Positions 27,710 to 37,345 of a stretch of DNA of 64,000 nucleotides are shown in pieces. A program made the position numbers and the translations under genes. Every line of letters begins with the position of its first letter. Positions within the stretch are counted from its first letter, which is position 1. Origin of the DNA: Alphaproteobacteria bacterium (lineage in GTDB: Bacteria; Pseudomonadota; Alphaproteobacteria; MPNO01); the NCBI GenBank assembly GCA_965248835.1, contig CBDFLJ010000001.1, positions 1,312,001 through 1,376,000 on the forward strand, in the 5' to 3' direction. The notes under the pieces were generated by a model that ran no database searches, had not been told where the DNA came from, and saw only the letters and a program-made list of their open reading frames with translations.

Positions 27710-28555
27710 TCAGGATCGGTTGAGGGTGTCCAGAAACTCCGCCACCACGGCGGCGGTCTCGGCCGGCTTTTCGACGAACGGAATGTGGCCGCCGTCGGGG
27801 ATCTCCGCGTAGCGCGCGTCGGGGACCGCATCGGCGATCTTTCGTGAGAACGAGGCCGGGATAAAGTCGTCGTTGTCTCCGGTCACGACCAGGGTCGGGG
27901 TACGCACCGCGCGCAGCCGTTCGGTATAGAGCGGCTCGGGCGCTTGACCGGGCAACCGGCCGCCCCAGCGGAGGATCGAATCGAGGAAGGCGGTGTAGAG
28001 TTCGGGCGAATTCGCGAGCACGCCTTCCTGGTTCGCCCGCATGATGGCGAGCCCTTCCTCGGTCTCCATGAACGCGCGGGTCATGGTCGACAGGCCCATG
28101 AAATCGGCCAGCTCCTCGCCCATGCCGAGCTTGGCGATCAGCTTCTTGCGCAGCGAGAAATTCATCTCCATCGCCCGGTCGAGCTCGGAGAACCCGCCGA
28201 TCACGATCATCCCGCGCACCAGGTCCGGGTGGCGGACGGCCATCGCCTGGGCGACGCATCCGCCGAGCGAGGAGCCCAGCACGTCGACGCTGTCCCAACC
28301 GAGGCGGCGGGCCAGCGCTGCGAAGTCATCGGCCCACAGCTCGGCCGTGTAGGTGACGGTCTCCGGATCGTCCTTGCGCGACTGGCCGACGCCGCGCGGA
28401 TCGGTCAGCACCGTCGCCGCATGGCCGCGCAGCAGCGGCTCGCCCAGCCGGTAGTAGCGGTGGTCGAGCCCGAGACCCGGGAACAGCATCAGCGGATGGC
28501 CCGCGCCCTGGACCTGGTACCAGAGCCTGGTGCCATTGACCTCTTCGTATGCCAT
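27710..28555 (-). CDS. Alpha/beta hydrolase
   Basis: DPRGVGQS, GSSLGG nucleophile elbow, GGHIPF. Confidence 0.9.
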   Translation of the reverse strand: MAYEEVNGTRLWYQVQGAGHPLMLFPGLGLDHRYYRLGEPLLRGHAATVLTDPRGVGQSRKDDPETVTYTAELWADDFAALARRLGWDSVDVLGSSLGGCVAQAMAVRHPDLVRGMIVIGGFSELDRAMEMNFSLRKKLIAKLGMGEELADFMGLSTMTRAFMETEEGLAIMRANQEGVLANSPELYTAFLDSILRWGGRLPGQAPEPLYTERLRAVRTPTLVVTGDNDDFIPASFSRKIADAVPDARYAEIPDGGHIPFVEKPAETAAVVAEFLDTLNRS

Positions 28556-28580
28556 GGCGGTCCCGTCTCCCGTAAGGCGT

Positions 28581-29219
28581 TCAGTGCGTAGCCGCAGCGG
28601 CCAGGATCTTGATACCCAGCGGTGCGGACTTGCCGCCGTTGGTCGGCGAGGTGTCCGCTGGACAGGCCGAAATCGCGGCCAGCACGTCCATCTCGGCCAA
28701 CAGGTCGATATGGTCGTCCGGCCCTACCGCGGTCGGCAGGATGCGAAAGCTGCCCTGCGCGTCGAGCTCGACATTCATGAAGACGTTGAAGACGTCCATC
28801 ACCTCATCGCCGCTCAGCCCGAAGGGGGCGAGCGCCTCGCTGAGGTTCTCCTGGCACGAGCGGTGGTCGGTGAGGTTGTCGCGGCGCTCGTACAGCCTGG
28901 TCGAGCAGCGCCCGCCCATGTTGCCCCAGTGGTTGGCGCAGGTATCTGCAACCACCGTCAGCATCACGTTCTCGCGCGGCGGTTTGGAGTAGAAATGCTT
29001 GAAGGACTTCGCCGTCCCGGTGCCGCAGATAACGTTGGTCGCCCAGCTCTGGCCGACATGGAACCATTCGCGGTGGTCGTTGGCGTTGTAGAAGACGCAA
29101 TCGCCGACCTGTCCGCCGGCGACCTGATGGATGCGCAGGATCGTACCCTTCTCGACCACCAGCGCCCGTCCCTGGCGCGCAGGGATGACGAACTCGGACA
29201 GGACCGTGCCCGCTTCCAT
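28581..29219 (-). CDS. Urea carboxylase-associated (DUF1989) protein
   Basis: GGQVGD, RSCQENL, FNVFMNV, AISACP. Confidence 0.85.
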   Translation of the reverse strand: MEAGTVLSEFVIPARQGRALVVEKGTILRIHQVAGGQVGDCVFYNANDHREWFHVGQSWATNVICGTGTAKSFKHFYSKPPRENVMLTVVADTCANHWGNMGGRCSTRLYERRDNLTDHRSCQENLSEALAPFGLSGDEVMDVFNVFMNVELDAQGSFRILPTAVGPDDHIDLLAEMDVLAAISACPADTSPTNGGKSAPLGIKILAAAATH

Positions 29220-29222
29220 CGT

Positions 29223-29624
29223 CTAGTCCTTGCGCTTGATCGTCCACGGGTGCTCGGAGACGTCGAAGACGACGCCGTCGGGGTCCTTGAACTTGGTCTC
29301 GGCCTCGACGCCCGGGTAGTCGCCGGGAAGCTCCATGAAGAACGTCCCGCCGGCCGATGCGATCCGCGCGGCGGTGGCGTCCTTGTCCTCGACCACCATG
29401 CCGAAATGGTGCAGCCCCGCCCAGTCGGGGCCGTTGACCCCCCCTATGGTCCCTTCGGGGAAGTGCAGCAGCGTCAGGTTCATCAGCCCGTCAGACAGCA
29501 TGATCGCATTGCCGATCGGGCTTTCGGCCTCGGCAACGCGGTCGAGCCCGAAGACGTTTTCGTAAAAGACGGCAGACTTTTCGAGGTCGGGCACCTGCAT
29601 CGCGATGTGGCGCAGCTTGGCCAT
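29223..29624 (-). CDS. VOC/glyoxalase family protein
   Basis: KLRHIA, GLHHFG, KDPDGVVFD. Confidence 0.88.
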   Translation of the reverse strand: MAKLRHIAMQVPDLEKSAVFYENVFGLDRVAEAESPIGNAIMLSDGLMNLTLLHFPEGTIGGVNGPDWAGLHHFGMVVEDKDATAARIASAGGTFFMELPGDYPGVEAETKFKDPDGVVFDVSEHPWTIKRKD

Positions 29625-29701
29625 GGTCCGGCTCCCAAAGGATCGGCTTTGATGCCATTGTGACCGCGCCAATCGAGCCTGTCCATCGAAGGCGCAAGAC
29701 G

Positions 29702-30868
29702 GTGCGAATTCTCGAAATCAGGGAAAAGACCATCCCGGTCGCGGCTGCGATGAGCAATGCCGCGATCGGCTTCGACGAGATGACCGCATCGGCGGTCGCG
29801 GTCTTCACCGATGCGGTCGTCGGCGGTGCGCGCGTTATCGGCTACGGCCTGGACTCGATCGGCCGCTACGGCCATGGCGGACTGTTGCGCGAGCGTTTCA
29901 TCCCGCGGCTGATGACCGCCGAAGAGGCCGAGATCTGCGATCCGGCCACCGGGATCATCGATCCGATGCGCTGCTGGCCGATCATGATGACCAATGAGAA
30001 GCAGGGCGGCCACGGCGAGCGGTCAGCGGCCGTGGGCGTGCTCGACGCCGCGCTCTGGGACGCCGCCGCCAAGGCCGCCGGCCTGCCGCTCCATGGGCTG
30101 CTCGCCGAGCGCTTCAACGGCGGCCGCAACGCCGAGTCGATCGCGGTCTATGCGGCGGGCGGCCACTACCGCCCTGACGGCGGCAACGAAGCTCTGGCGG
30201 CGGAGGTCCGCCGCTACGCCGGCCTCGGCTACCGAACGGTCAAGATCAAGATCGGCGCCGCACCGCTGGCCGCGGACCGCGTCCGCATCGAGGCCGCGCT
30301 CGCCGCGCTGCCGCCGGGCGGGCGGCTCGCGGTCGATGCCAATGCGGTCTTCGACCGCGAAACCGCGCTCGCCTGGGCCGCGGCGCTTGCCGATTACGAC
30401 CTTGCGTGGCTGGAGGAGCCCGGCGACCCGCTCGATTTCGCGCTAATGGAGGCCCTGGCCGCGTCCTATCCGGGGCCGTTGGCGACTGGCGAGAACCTGT
30501 TCTCGGCCGCGGACGCACGCAACCTCGTGCGCTACGCCGGGATGCGGCCCGACCGGGATCTGCTCCAGTTCGACGTCTCGTTGAGCTACGGCATCGCCGA
30601 ATATCTGCGCATCGTCGCGGTCCTCGAGGCCGCCGGCTGGCCGCGGACGCGGCTGGTCCCGCACGCCGGGCACCTGTTCGCGGCCAACGTCGTCGCCGGG
30701 CTCGGACTCGGCGGCCATGAGACGGCGCCCGACCCGGGCCTGGTCTTCGGCGGTTTCCCCGACGGCTGGCGCCTGGCCGACGGCCGGCTGAGCCTGGACG
30801 ACGCGCCCGGCGTCGGCTTCGAAGCCAAGGCCAACACCTTCGCGATCCTGGAGGCGCTCGCGCCGTAA
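29702..30868 (+). CDS. Mandelate racemase/enolase family (D-tartrate dehydratase-like subgroup)
   Basis: GGHGERS, KIKIG, VDAN, EEP, TGENLFS. Confidence 0.85.
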   Translation: MRILEIREKTIPVAAAMSNAAIGFDEMTASAVAVFTDAVVGGARVIGYGLDSIGRYGHGGLLRERFIPRLMTAEEAEICDPATGIIDPMRCWPIMMTNEKQGGHGERSAAVGVLDAALWDAAAKAAGLPLHGLLAERFNGGRNAESIAVYAAGGHYRPDGGNEALAAEVRRYAGLGYRTVKIKIGAAPLAADRVRIEAALAALPPGGRLAVDANAVFDRETALAWAAALADYDLAWLEEPGDPLDFALMEALAASYPGPLATGENLFSAADARNLVRYAGMRPDRDLLQFDVSLSYGIAEYLRIVAVLEAAGWPRTRLVPHAGHLFAANVVAGLGLGGHETAPDPGLVFGGFPDGWRLADGRLSLDDAPGVGFEAKANTFAILEALAP

Positions 30869-30936
30869 CCCGGGCCTTGCCGAATCCGGCGGCGTGGCTA
30901 GAGTGTCAGTCCACGAACCACAAGGGGAGGCCGGCA

Positions 30937-31803
30937 GTGAAGGCGCCGCGATTCGCCTATGTCAGGGCGGAGAGCCTCGATCAGGTTCTCGCGCTGCTCG
31001 CCGAGCACGGCGATGACGCCCGCATTCTCGCGGGCGGCCAGAGCCTGATGCCCACGCTCAACATGCGGCTGTCGCAGCCGAAGCTCCTGATCGACATCAA
31101 CCGGCTGGATGCGCTCGCCGGGATCGCGCTCGAGGGCGGAGAGGTCCGCATCGGCGCGCTGACCCGGCATTCGGCGGTCCTGGACTCGCCGGTCGTCGCC
31201 GAGCACCTGCCGCTGATCGCCGAGGCGATGACCCATGTCGCCCATGTCGCGATCCGCAACCGCGGCACCTTCGGCGGCTCGATTGCGCTCGCCGACCCGG
31301 CGGCCGAGCTGCCTGCCTGCGCGGTCGCACTCGGTGCGTCCTTTGTGCTGGCGCGCGTGGGGGGGCAGCGCACCGTCGAGGCCCGGTCCTTCTTCAAGGG
31401 TCTCTACGAGACCGACCGGGCGGATGACGAAATCCTCATCGAGGCGCGCATTCCGGCCCTGGGCGCCGGCTATGCCTCCTCGTTCATGGAGCTCGCCCGC
31501 CGCCACGGCGATTTCGCGCTCGCCGGGGTGTGCTGCCACGCCAAGATCGACGGCGCCAGCCTGAGCGATCTGCGCCTGGCCTATTTCGGCAGCGAGGACC
31601 GGCCGCGCTTTGCCGATTCGGCCGTCGCCGCGGCCGAGGGCAAGGTCTGGTCCGAGGACGTCAAGGCGGAGGTGGCCGAGGCGCTCGGCAACGATCTCGA
31701 TCCGATCGGCAATTTCCATGCCTCGGCGGCCACGCGGCTGCATCTCGCCAAGGTGCTGACCGGCCGCGCGCTGGACCGGCTGGTCGCACAGAACCAGGGC
31801 TAG
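30937..31803 (+). CDS. Mo-hydroxylase FAD subunit (CoxM-like)
   Basis: AGGQSL, IRNRGTFGGS, RRHGDFA. Confidence 0.93.
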   Translation: MKAPRFAYVRAESLDQVLALLAEHGDDARILAGGQSLMPTLNMRLSQPKLLIDINRLDALAGIALEGGEVRIGALTRHSAVLDSPVVAEHLPLIAEAMTHVAHVAIRNRGTFGGSIALADPAAELPACAVALGASFVLARVGGQRTVEARSFFKGLYETDRADDEILIEARIPALGAGYASSFMELARRHGDFALAGVCCHAKIDGASLSDLRLAYFGSEDRPRFADSAVAAAEGKVWSEDVKAEVAEALGNDLDPIGNFHASAATRLHLAKVLTGRALDRLVAQNQG

Positions 31804-31808
31804 GACCG

Positions 31809-32288
31809 ATGGAAGAGCATGTCGACATAACCACCACCGTCAACGGCGAGACCGTGAGCCGCCGGGTCGAGGCGCGCCAGCACCTGGTCGACTTCCTGCG
31901 GCTCGAGCTCGGCCTGACGGGCTCACATCTGGGCTGCGAGCACGGCGTGTGCGGCGCCTGCACGGTGCGGGTGGACGGCACCATCGTCCGCGGCTGCCTG
32001 ATGCTCGCCGTCCAGGCCGACGGGGCGGAGGTCTGGACCATCGAGGGCATGTCCGACGCCGGGGAGATCGCCGACCTCCAGGAGGCCTTCATCAACCGCA
32101 ACGCCCTGCAATGCGGCTACTGCACGCCGGGCATGCTGCTGACCGCCGCCGAGATGATGGAGCAGGGCCGCAAGATGACCCGCACGGAGATCCGCGCGTT
32201 CCTTTCGGGAAACTACTGCCGCTGCACCGGCTACCAGGCGATCGTCGATGCCGTCGAAACGGTGATGGAAAGCCGATTTGGTGGCTGA
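31809..32288 (+). CDS. Mo-hydroxylase 2Fe-2S subunit (CoxS-like)
   Basis: GCEHGVCGAC, QCGYCTPG, NYCRCTGY. Confidence 0.93.
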   Translation: MEEHVDITTTVNGETVSRRVEARQHLVDFLRLELGLTGSHLGCEHGVCGACTVRVDGTIVRGCLMLAVQADGAEVWTIEGMSDAGEIADLQEAFINRNALQCGYCTPGMLLTAAEMMEQGRKMTRTEIRAFLSGNYCRCTGYQAIVDAVETVMESRFGG

Positions 32289-34656
32289 CGGCGGCGCGAT
32301 CGGCCGTTCGATCCGCCGCAGCACTGTGCGCAAACTGGCTTTCGGCCGCGGCAAGTACGCCGACGACCTGCGCTTTCCCGGCCTGCGCCACGCCGCCTTC
32401 GTCCGCAGCCCCCACGCCCATGCCCGGATCCTGCGGATCGCCCCGCCGGACAGCGCCGGCGGGCGCGTGGTCACCGGCGCCGAGCTGGCAAGGATCTGCA
32501 AACCGATGCAGGGCACGGTCGCGCATCTGCCGGGGCTGGTCTCGCCGCCGCAATATCCGATGGCGGTCGACCGCGCGGTCTGGCAGGGCGAGCCGGTGGC
32601 CGCCGTGGTCGCTTCATCCCGGGCCGAGGCCGAAGACCTGGCCGAGCAGGTGGTGGTCGACTACGAGCCGCTGCCGGCCGCCGCCGTTCGCGAACGCGCG
32701 CTCGATGACGCCGCGCACTTGGTCCATCCCGCGCTCGGCAACAACCTGTGTTTCGCCAACCAGGTCGGCGCCGGCGATGTCGAGGCCGCGCTCGCCGGGG
32801 CGGCCCATGTGGTCGCGCATTCCTTCAGCTTCGCGCGCCAGACCGGCGTGCCGCTGGAGCCGCGCGGCGTCATCGCCGACTTCGATCCCGGCGAGCGCCG
32901 CCTGACGATCCACGGCACCCACCAATCGCCCTGGCAGCAGCAGGATTCGCTGGCCCATCTGCTCGGCCTGCCGGACCATGCCATCCGGGTGGTCACCCCC
33001 GATATCGGCGGTGGGTTCGGCATCAAGCTGCATGTCTACGGCGATGAGGTCGCCGTCGCCGCCCTGTCGATGCTGCTCGGCAAGCCGATCAAGTATGTCG
33101 CCGACCGGCTGGAGTCCTTCCTCGGCGACATCCACGCCCGGGATCAGGCGGTCGAGGCCAGGATCGGCGTCGACGCCGACGGGCGGCTCCTGGCCATGAG
33201 CGTCGATGCGCTGACCGCGGTCGGCGCCTATTCGGCCTACCGACGGTCGGCGATCAGCGAGGGCATGATGACCGTCAACCTGGCCGCCGGCGCCTACGCG
33301 CTCAAGATCTATTCCGGTCGGCTGCGCGCGGTGTTCCAGAACAAGCCGCCCTCGGGCATGTACCGCGCCGTCGGCCAGCCGATCGCCTGCGCGGTCACCG
33401 AGCAGATGCTCGACTGGGCTGCGCAGGCCGCCGGCATCGACCCGCTGGAGATCCGCCGGCGCAACCACCACCGGCCGGACGCCTACCCGGTCCGTATGCC
33501 CTCAGGCGTGACCGTCACGCCGCTGAGCCTCGATGCGTGTCTCGACACGCTGGTCTCGATGATGGACTACCCGGGCCAGCGGCGGCGCCAGGCGGCGATG
33601 CGCGCGAGCGGCGTCCACCGCGGAATCGGCGTTGCGACCTTCCTGGAGATGACCTCGGTCGGGCCGACCTATTACGGCCCGGCCGGATCGCGGGTCAGCA
33701 CCCAGGACGGCGCGACGGTGCGGCTCGAGCCCTCGGGCGCAATCCGCTGCGTCACCTCCGCGGTCGAGATCGGGCAGGGAACGCTGACCGGGATCGCCCA
33801 GATCGTCGCCGACCGGCTGGGCGTCGCGCCCGAGGACGTCAGCGTTTATGCCGGCGATACCGCGATGGTGCCCTATGGCGGCGGCGCCTGGGCCTCGCGC
33901 GGGTTGACGATCTGCGGCGAGGCGGCGTGGCGGGCCGCCGACGCTTTGGGCGAGAACATCCTGCGGCTTGCCGGCACGGTCCTGCAGTCCGCGCCTGAGG
34001 CGCTGGCGCTCGCCGAGGGCTTCATTTGCGACCGCGCAACCGGCGCGCGGCGGATGAGCCTCGCCGAGCTCGCGACTATCGGCCATTTCCGCCAGGACAC
34101 GCTGCCGCCGGACACCCAGCCCGAGCTGGCCGCGACGCGGCACCATGTCCCCGACGCTGCGCCGTTCGCCCTGGCCAACGGGGTCCAGGCCTCCCTGGTC
34201 GAGGTCGACATCGAGACCGGCGCGATCCGGCTGCTGGAGCATTGGGTGGTCGAGGATTGCGGGCGCATGGTCAACCCGCTGCTGGTCGACGAGCAGATCC
34301 GCGGCGGCGTCGTCCAGGGGATCGGCGGCGCCCTGTTCGAGGAATGCCGCTACGACGCCGACGGCCAGATGCTGAACGCGACCTTGGCCGACTATCTGGT
34401 GCCGATGGCGGGCGAGCTGCCCGATATCCACATCGGCCATGTCGAGACGCCGAACGCGGGCACCCGGCTCGGGGCCAAGGGCGCGGGCGAGGCCGGCACG
34501 GTCGGCGCGGCGCCGGCGGTCATGCTTGCGGTCAACGACGCGCTGTCGCCCATCGGCGCGCGCATCGACCGTTGGCCGATGACGCCCGAGACGGTGTTGA
34601 ACGCGATCGCCGCAGCGCCCGCCTCGAACGGAAGCGCCCGGCCGTCACCCGGCTGA
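32281..34656 (+). CDS. Mo-hydroxylase large subunit (XDH/CoxL-like)
   Basis: IGGGFG, loop MYRAVGQ, KGAGE. Confidence 0.92.
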   Translation: MADGGAIGRSIRRSTVRKLAFGRGKYADDLRFPGLRHAAFVRSPHAHARILRIAPPDSAGGRVVTGAELARICKPMQGTVAHLPGLVSPPQYPMAVDRAVWQGEPVAAVVASSRAEAEDLAEQVVVDYEPLPAAAVRERALDDAAHLVHPALGNNLCFANQVGAGDVEAALAGAAHVVAHSFSFARQTGVPLEPRGVIADFDPGERRLTIHGTHQSPWQQQDSLAHLLGLPDHAIRVVTPDIGGGFGIKLHVYGDEVAVAALSMLLGKPIKYVADRLESFLGDIHARDQAVEARIGVDADGRLLAMSVDALTAVGAYSAYRRSAISEGMMTVNLAAGAYALKIYSGRLRAVFQNKPPSGMYRAVGQPIACAVTEQMLDWAAQAAGIDPLEIRRRNHHRPDAYPVRMPSGVTVTPLSLDACLDTLVSMMDYPGQRRRQAAMRASGVHRGIGVATFLEMTSVGPTYYGPAGSRVSTQDGATVRLEPSGAIRCVTSAVEIGQGTLTGIAQIVADRLGVAPEDVSVYAGDTAMVPYGGGAWASRGLTICGEAAWRAADALGENILRLAGTVLQSAPEALALAEGFICDRATGARRMSLAELATIGHFRQDTLPPDTQPELAATRHHVPDAAPFALANGVQASLVEVDIETGAIRLLEHWVVEDCGRMVNPLLVDEQIRGGVVQGIGGALFEECRYDADGQMLNATLADYLVPMAGELPDIHIGHVETPNAGTRLGAKGAGEAGTVGAAPAVMLAVNDALSPIGARIDRWPMTPETVLNAIAAAPASNGSARPSPG

Positions 34657-34970
34657 GGCACCGCCGCGCCGAGACGCCCAAGCGGGCGGATGATGCGCTA
34701 ACGCCGCCTTCCTTCCTGATGGGACTCGACCTCGGAGCGGCAGGCGCGTCGTGCCGCCTGGCCCGGAGGCCCACACCGTCTCGTCATCCATCCCCGCGCG
34801 GATGATATCCCTGGGTGATCGCGGCCCCGGCAACGCTCTTTGTTCGCCGCCGTAAAGCGAAGCAGGGACGCTGCCGTCGCGTGGGTGCCGGCAGCCGGTC
34901 TTCGGCTCGACCGAGGCCGAATTTGCGTCGAATGCTGCCGCAATCGCTGCGCCGGCCTTGTCATGTCCGC

Positions 34971-35095
34971 ATGGAGTTCGAATGGGACGGGGCCAAGAGC
35001 GATCGCTGCTTTGCGCACCGCGGTTTCGACTTCGCCTACGCCATCCGAGCCTTCCTCGATCCGGACCGGATCGCCGGCCGAGACCCGCGCCGCGC
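34971..35095 (+). pseudogene. Truncated BrnT-family toxin
   Basis: MEFEWDGAKSDRCFAHRGFDFAYAIRAFLDPDR; similarity ends after ~40 aa; no BrnA. Confidence 0.7.
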
Positions 35096-35153
35096 TCTAT
35101 GCCCGCCGATCTCCGAGACCGCCGTTCTTGAGCGCAACAGACGGCTCGTCGCG

Positions 35154-35990
35154 TTACCAGGGGCGGCGGTTGATCGCATACTCGCCTTCGCCGCGCCTGA
35201 AGGGCTGAACGAGCATTTTGTGCAGATGCAGATCGCCGGCCTCGCGAAAGGTGTCGAGGCCGATCGTCATTGCTTCATGCCCAAGACGTGGCTGCGCCCG
35301 ATAGGTACCGAAGAGACGGTCCCACCATGGCAGGTTGAACCCGAAGTTGCTGTTGGTTTCGGCGGGAATGGCGGAATGGTGGACGCGGTGCATGTCCGGC
35401 GTGACGACGATCGACCGCAGCACGCGGTCGAGCCCCAACGGCAGGCGCACATTGCCGTGATTGAACATCGAGGTGGCGTTCAACAAGACCTCGAAGATGA
35501 CGACGGCCACGGCCGGCGGGCCGATGACGATCACGGCGGCGAGCTTAGGCAGAACCGACAGGATGATCTCGATCGGATGGAACCGGACACCGGTCGTCAC
35601 GTCGAAGTCGAGATCGGCGTGGTGCATGCGATGCAGCCGCCAAAGCGCGGGCACGGCGTGGAACAGGACGTGCTGCAGATAGATGATGAGATCCAGGACG
35701 ACGACCGAGAGCACGACCTCCAACCAGAGCGGCAGTTCGACCAGGTTGAGAACGCCCCAGCCGCGACTCCCGGCCATGACGGCCAACGCGACAGGCGCCA
35801 GGGGAACGAGGAGCCGCACGGCCACCGTATTGAAGACCACCATGCCGGCGTTGCTGTACCAGCGAAGCCAACGGGGCTGCGTGAGCGCTCTGCGCGGCGT
35901 CGCGAACTCCCACAACGCGACGAGAGCAAGGATGCCGAGGAAGAAACCGAGTCTGACCGCCGGTTCGTTTGCGCTGATGAACGCCGACAT
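35154..35990 (-). CDS. Sterol desaturase/fatty acid hydroxylase family
   Basis: His boxes HVLFH, HRMHH, HRVHHS; NFG..WDRLFGT. Confidence 0.9.
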   Translation of the reverse strand: MSAFISANEPAVRLGFFLGILALVALWEFATPRRALTQPRWLRWYSNAGMVVFNTVAVRLLVPLAPVALAVMAGSRGWGVLNLVELPLWLEVVLSVVVLDLIIYLQHVLFHAVPALWRLHRMHHADLDFDVTTGVRFHPIEIILSVLPKLAAVIVIGPPAVAVVIFEVLLNATSMFNHGNVRLPLGLDRVLRSIVVTPDMHRVHHSAIPAETNSNFGFNLPWWDRLFGTYRAQPRLGHEAMTIGLDTFREAGDLHLHKMLVQPFRRGEGEYAINRRPW

Positions 35991-36133
35991 TTCGTCATCC
36001 TGACGAGCACATTTCGCGCCGCCGGCCGGACTTCGGCGCTGGCAGGGGCGTCCCGGACGCCTTGCTTGCGGCATTGGCGCCGCCGGGGCTGCACTCGCCG
36101 CCGATAAGGCGCGCCGACTTCATTGTCGCAGCA

Positions 36134-36250
36134 CTCCCAACCGGGTCAACCGAATTGGTGCCGCCTCGATGACGCGGGCGGGTTCGCCGGCATCGATCAG
36201 GGGAGCCCGATCACCGAGGCGGCACGCGAGGCCCGGGGACGATTGGAGGG
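36134..36250 (-). repeat. Long imperfect hairpin (rod with symmetric 14-nt bubble)
   Basis: GTGCCGCCTCGATGA (36158-36172) pairs with 36211-36225; outer stem 36136-36143 / 36240-36247. Confidence 0.55.
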
Positions 36251-36294
36251 CGTTCGACTCCAGGCGAACCGACGGCCCTTCGATCACATCACCG

Positions 36295-37110
36295 CTACGT
36301 TATCTTGTGGTAGCCCGCGTTCTCCGCCGCGTGCTGACGGCCGATCAGCTCGTCGAACACCTCCGGCGACACCGTTTCGAAGCGCCGCAGCAGAAGCGCC
36401 TCCCGGGTTGCTGCCATCTCGGGTGCCGTTGCCACCGCGAGCAGCGCCTCCACCAGCCGCTGCCGGCCCGCGTCGTCGGCATCCAGCGAGGTCACCATGG
36501 GCGGGATCGGCGCCGGCTCGGTGGTGGCGACGACCCTTACCCGTCCCGCCGACGCGGGGTCGTGGTGACGCAGCAGATCGAGGGCAAACCCGTCGACCGC
36601 TGCGACGTCGGCCTCGCCCGCGTGGAGCGCATCGAGCACCGCTCCCTGCCGCATATAGGGGCCGACCACGTCGCCGAACAGGTTCGGCCGCTCCGGCGTC
36701 CGGTAGGGCAGCAGATGATAGCGCGCCGCGTTGTAGCCCGACTGCGAGTGCTCGGTCGAATAGGCGAAGCGGTGACCGAAAGTGTCCTCCAGGGATTCGA
36801 ACGAACTTTCCGCGGGGACCACGAAGTCGCTGACATAGACCGGGCGGTCGCCGTAGCGCGGCGGCGCGGGTACCGGGGCGGCCAGCAGGCGCGGTGGTTC
36901 GGCCGCTAGCGCCCACGGATAGCCGCACATGACGACGCAGCCCATGTCGGTCCGCGCCCAGAGCTCCTCCAGGCTCATCGGCACGTCGCGCGGAATCACC
37001 TCGTAAGCGATGCCGGCTGCCTCGCTCACCCAGCGAAGCAGGTCACCCCAGGCGGTGCCGAGGGAAGGCGACCATTCGTAGAGTCTGGCCGATCCGACCA
37101 ACCCATCCAT
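36295..37110 (-). CDS. PhnD/SsuA-like substrate-binding-fold protein (no signal peptide)
   Basis: CGYP, SQSGYNA, GEADVAAVD. Confidence 0.8.
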   Translation of the reverse strand: MDGLVGSARLYEWSPSLGTAWGDLLRWVSEAAGIAYEVIPRDVPMSLEELWARTDMGCVVMCGYPWALAAEPPRLLAAPVPAPPRYGDRPVYVSDFVVPAESSFESLEDTFGHRFAYSTEHSQSGYNAARYHLLPYRTPERPNLFGDVVGPYMRQGAVLDALHAGEADVAAVDGFALDLLRHHDPASAGRVRVVATTEPAPIPPMVTSLDADDAGRQRLVEALLAVATAPEMAATREALLLRRFETVSPEVFDELIGRQHAAENAGYHKIT

Positions 37111-37345
37111 GAGAACACCTCTCTTGGATCGAACCGCGGCGCGCCGTCTGCCCTCTGGCTTGACTGCGTTTTTCGGGCGCCGCTAGGCCGATCCACACTA
37201 CAACAAAGCAGCACGCCGGACATCATGCAGCTTGACGCCTATCGACTCCCCCTGTCGACCGTTCCGTCGAAGCCGCCGGCGTGTTCGACCGGGGTGGATG
37301 CGGATGGACGAAGCGCATTTCGTGACACCTGCGCGCGTGCGCCGC

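Noticed and set aside
3558-34656. Aerobic CO dehydrogenase (form I)
   Set aside because: No AYxCSFR motif and no coxDEFG accessory genes
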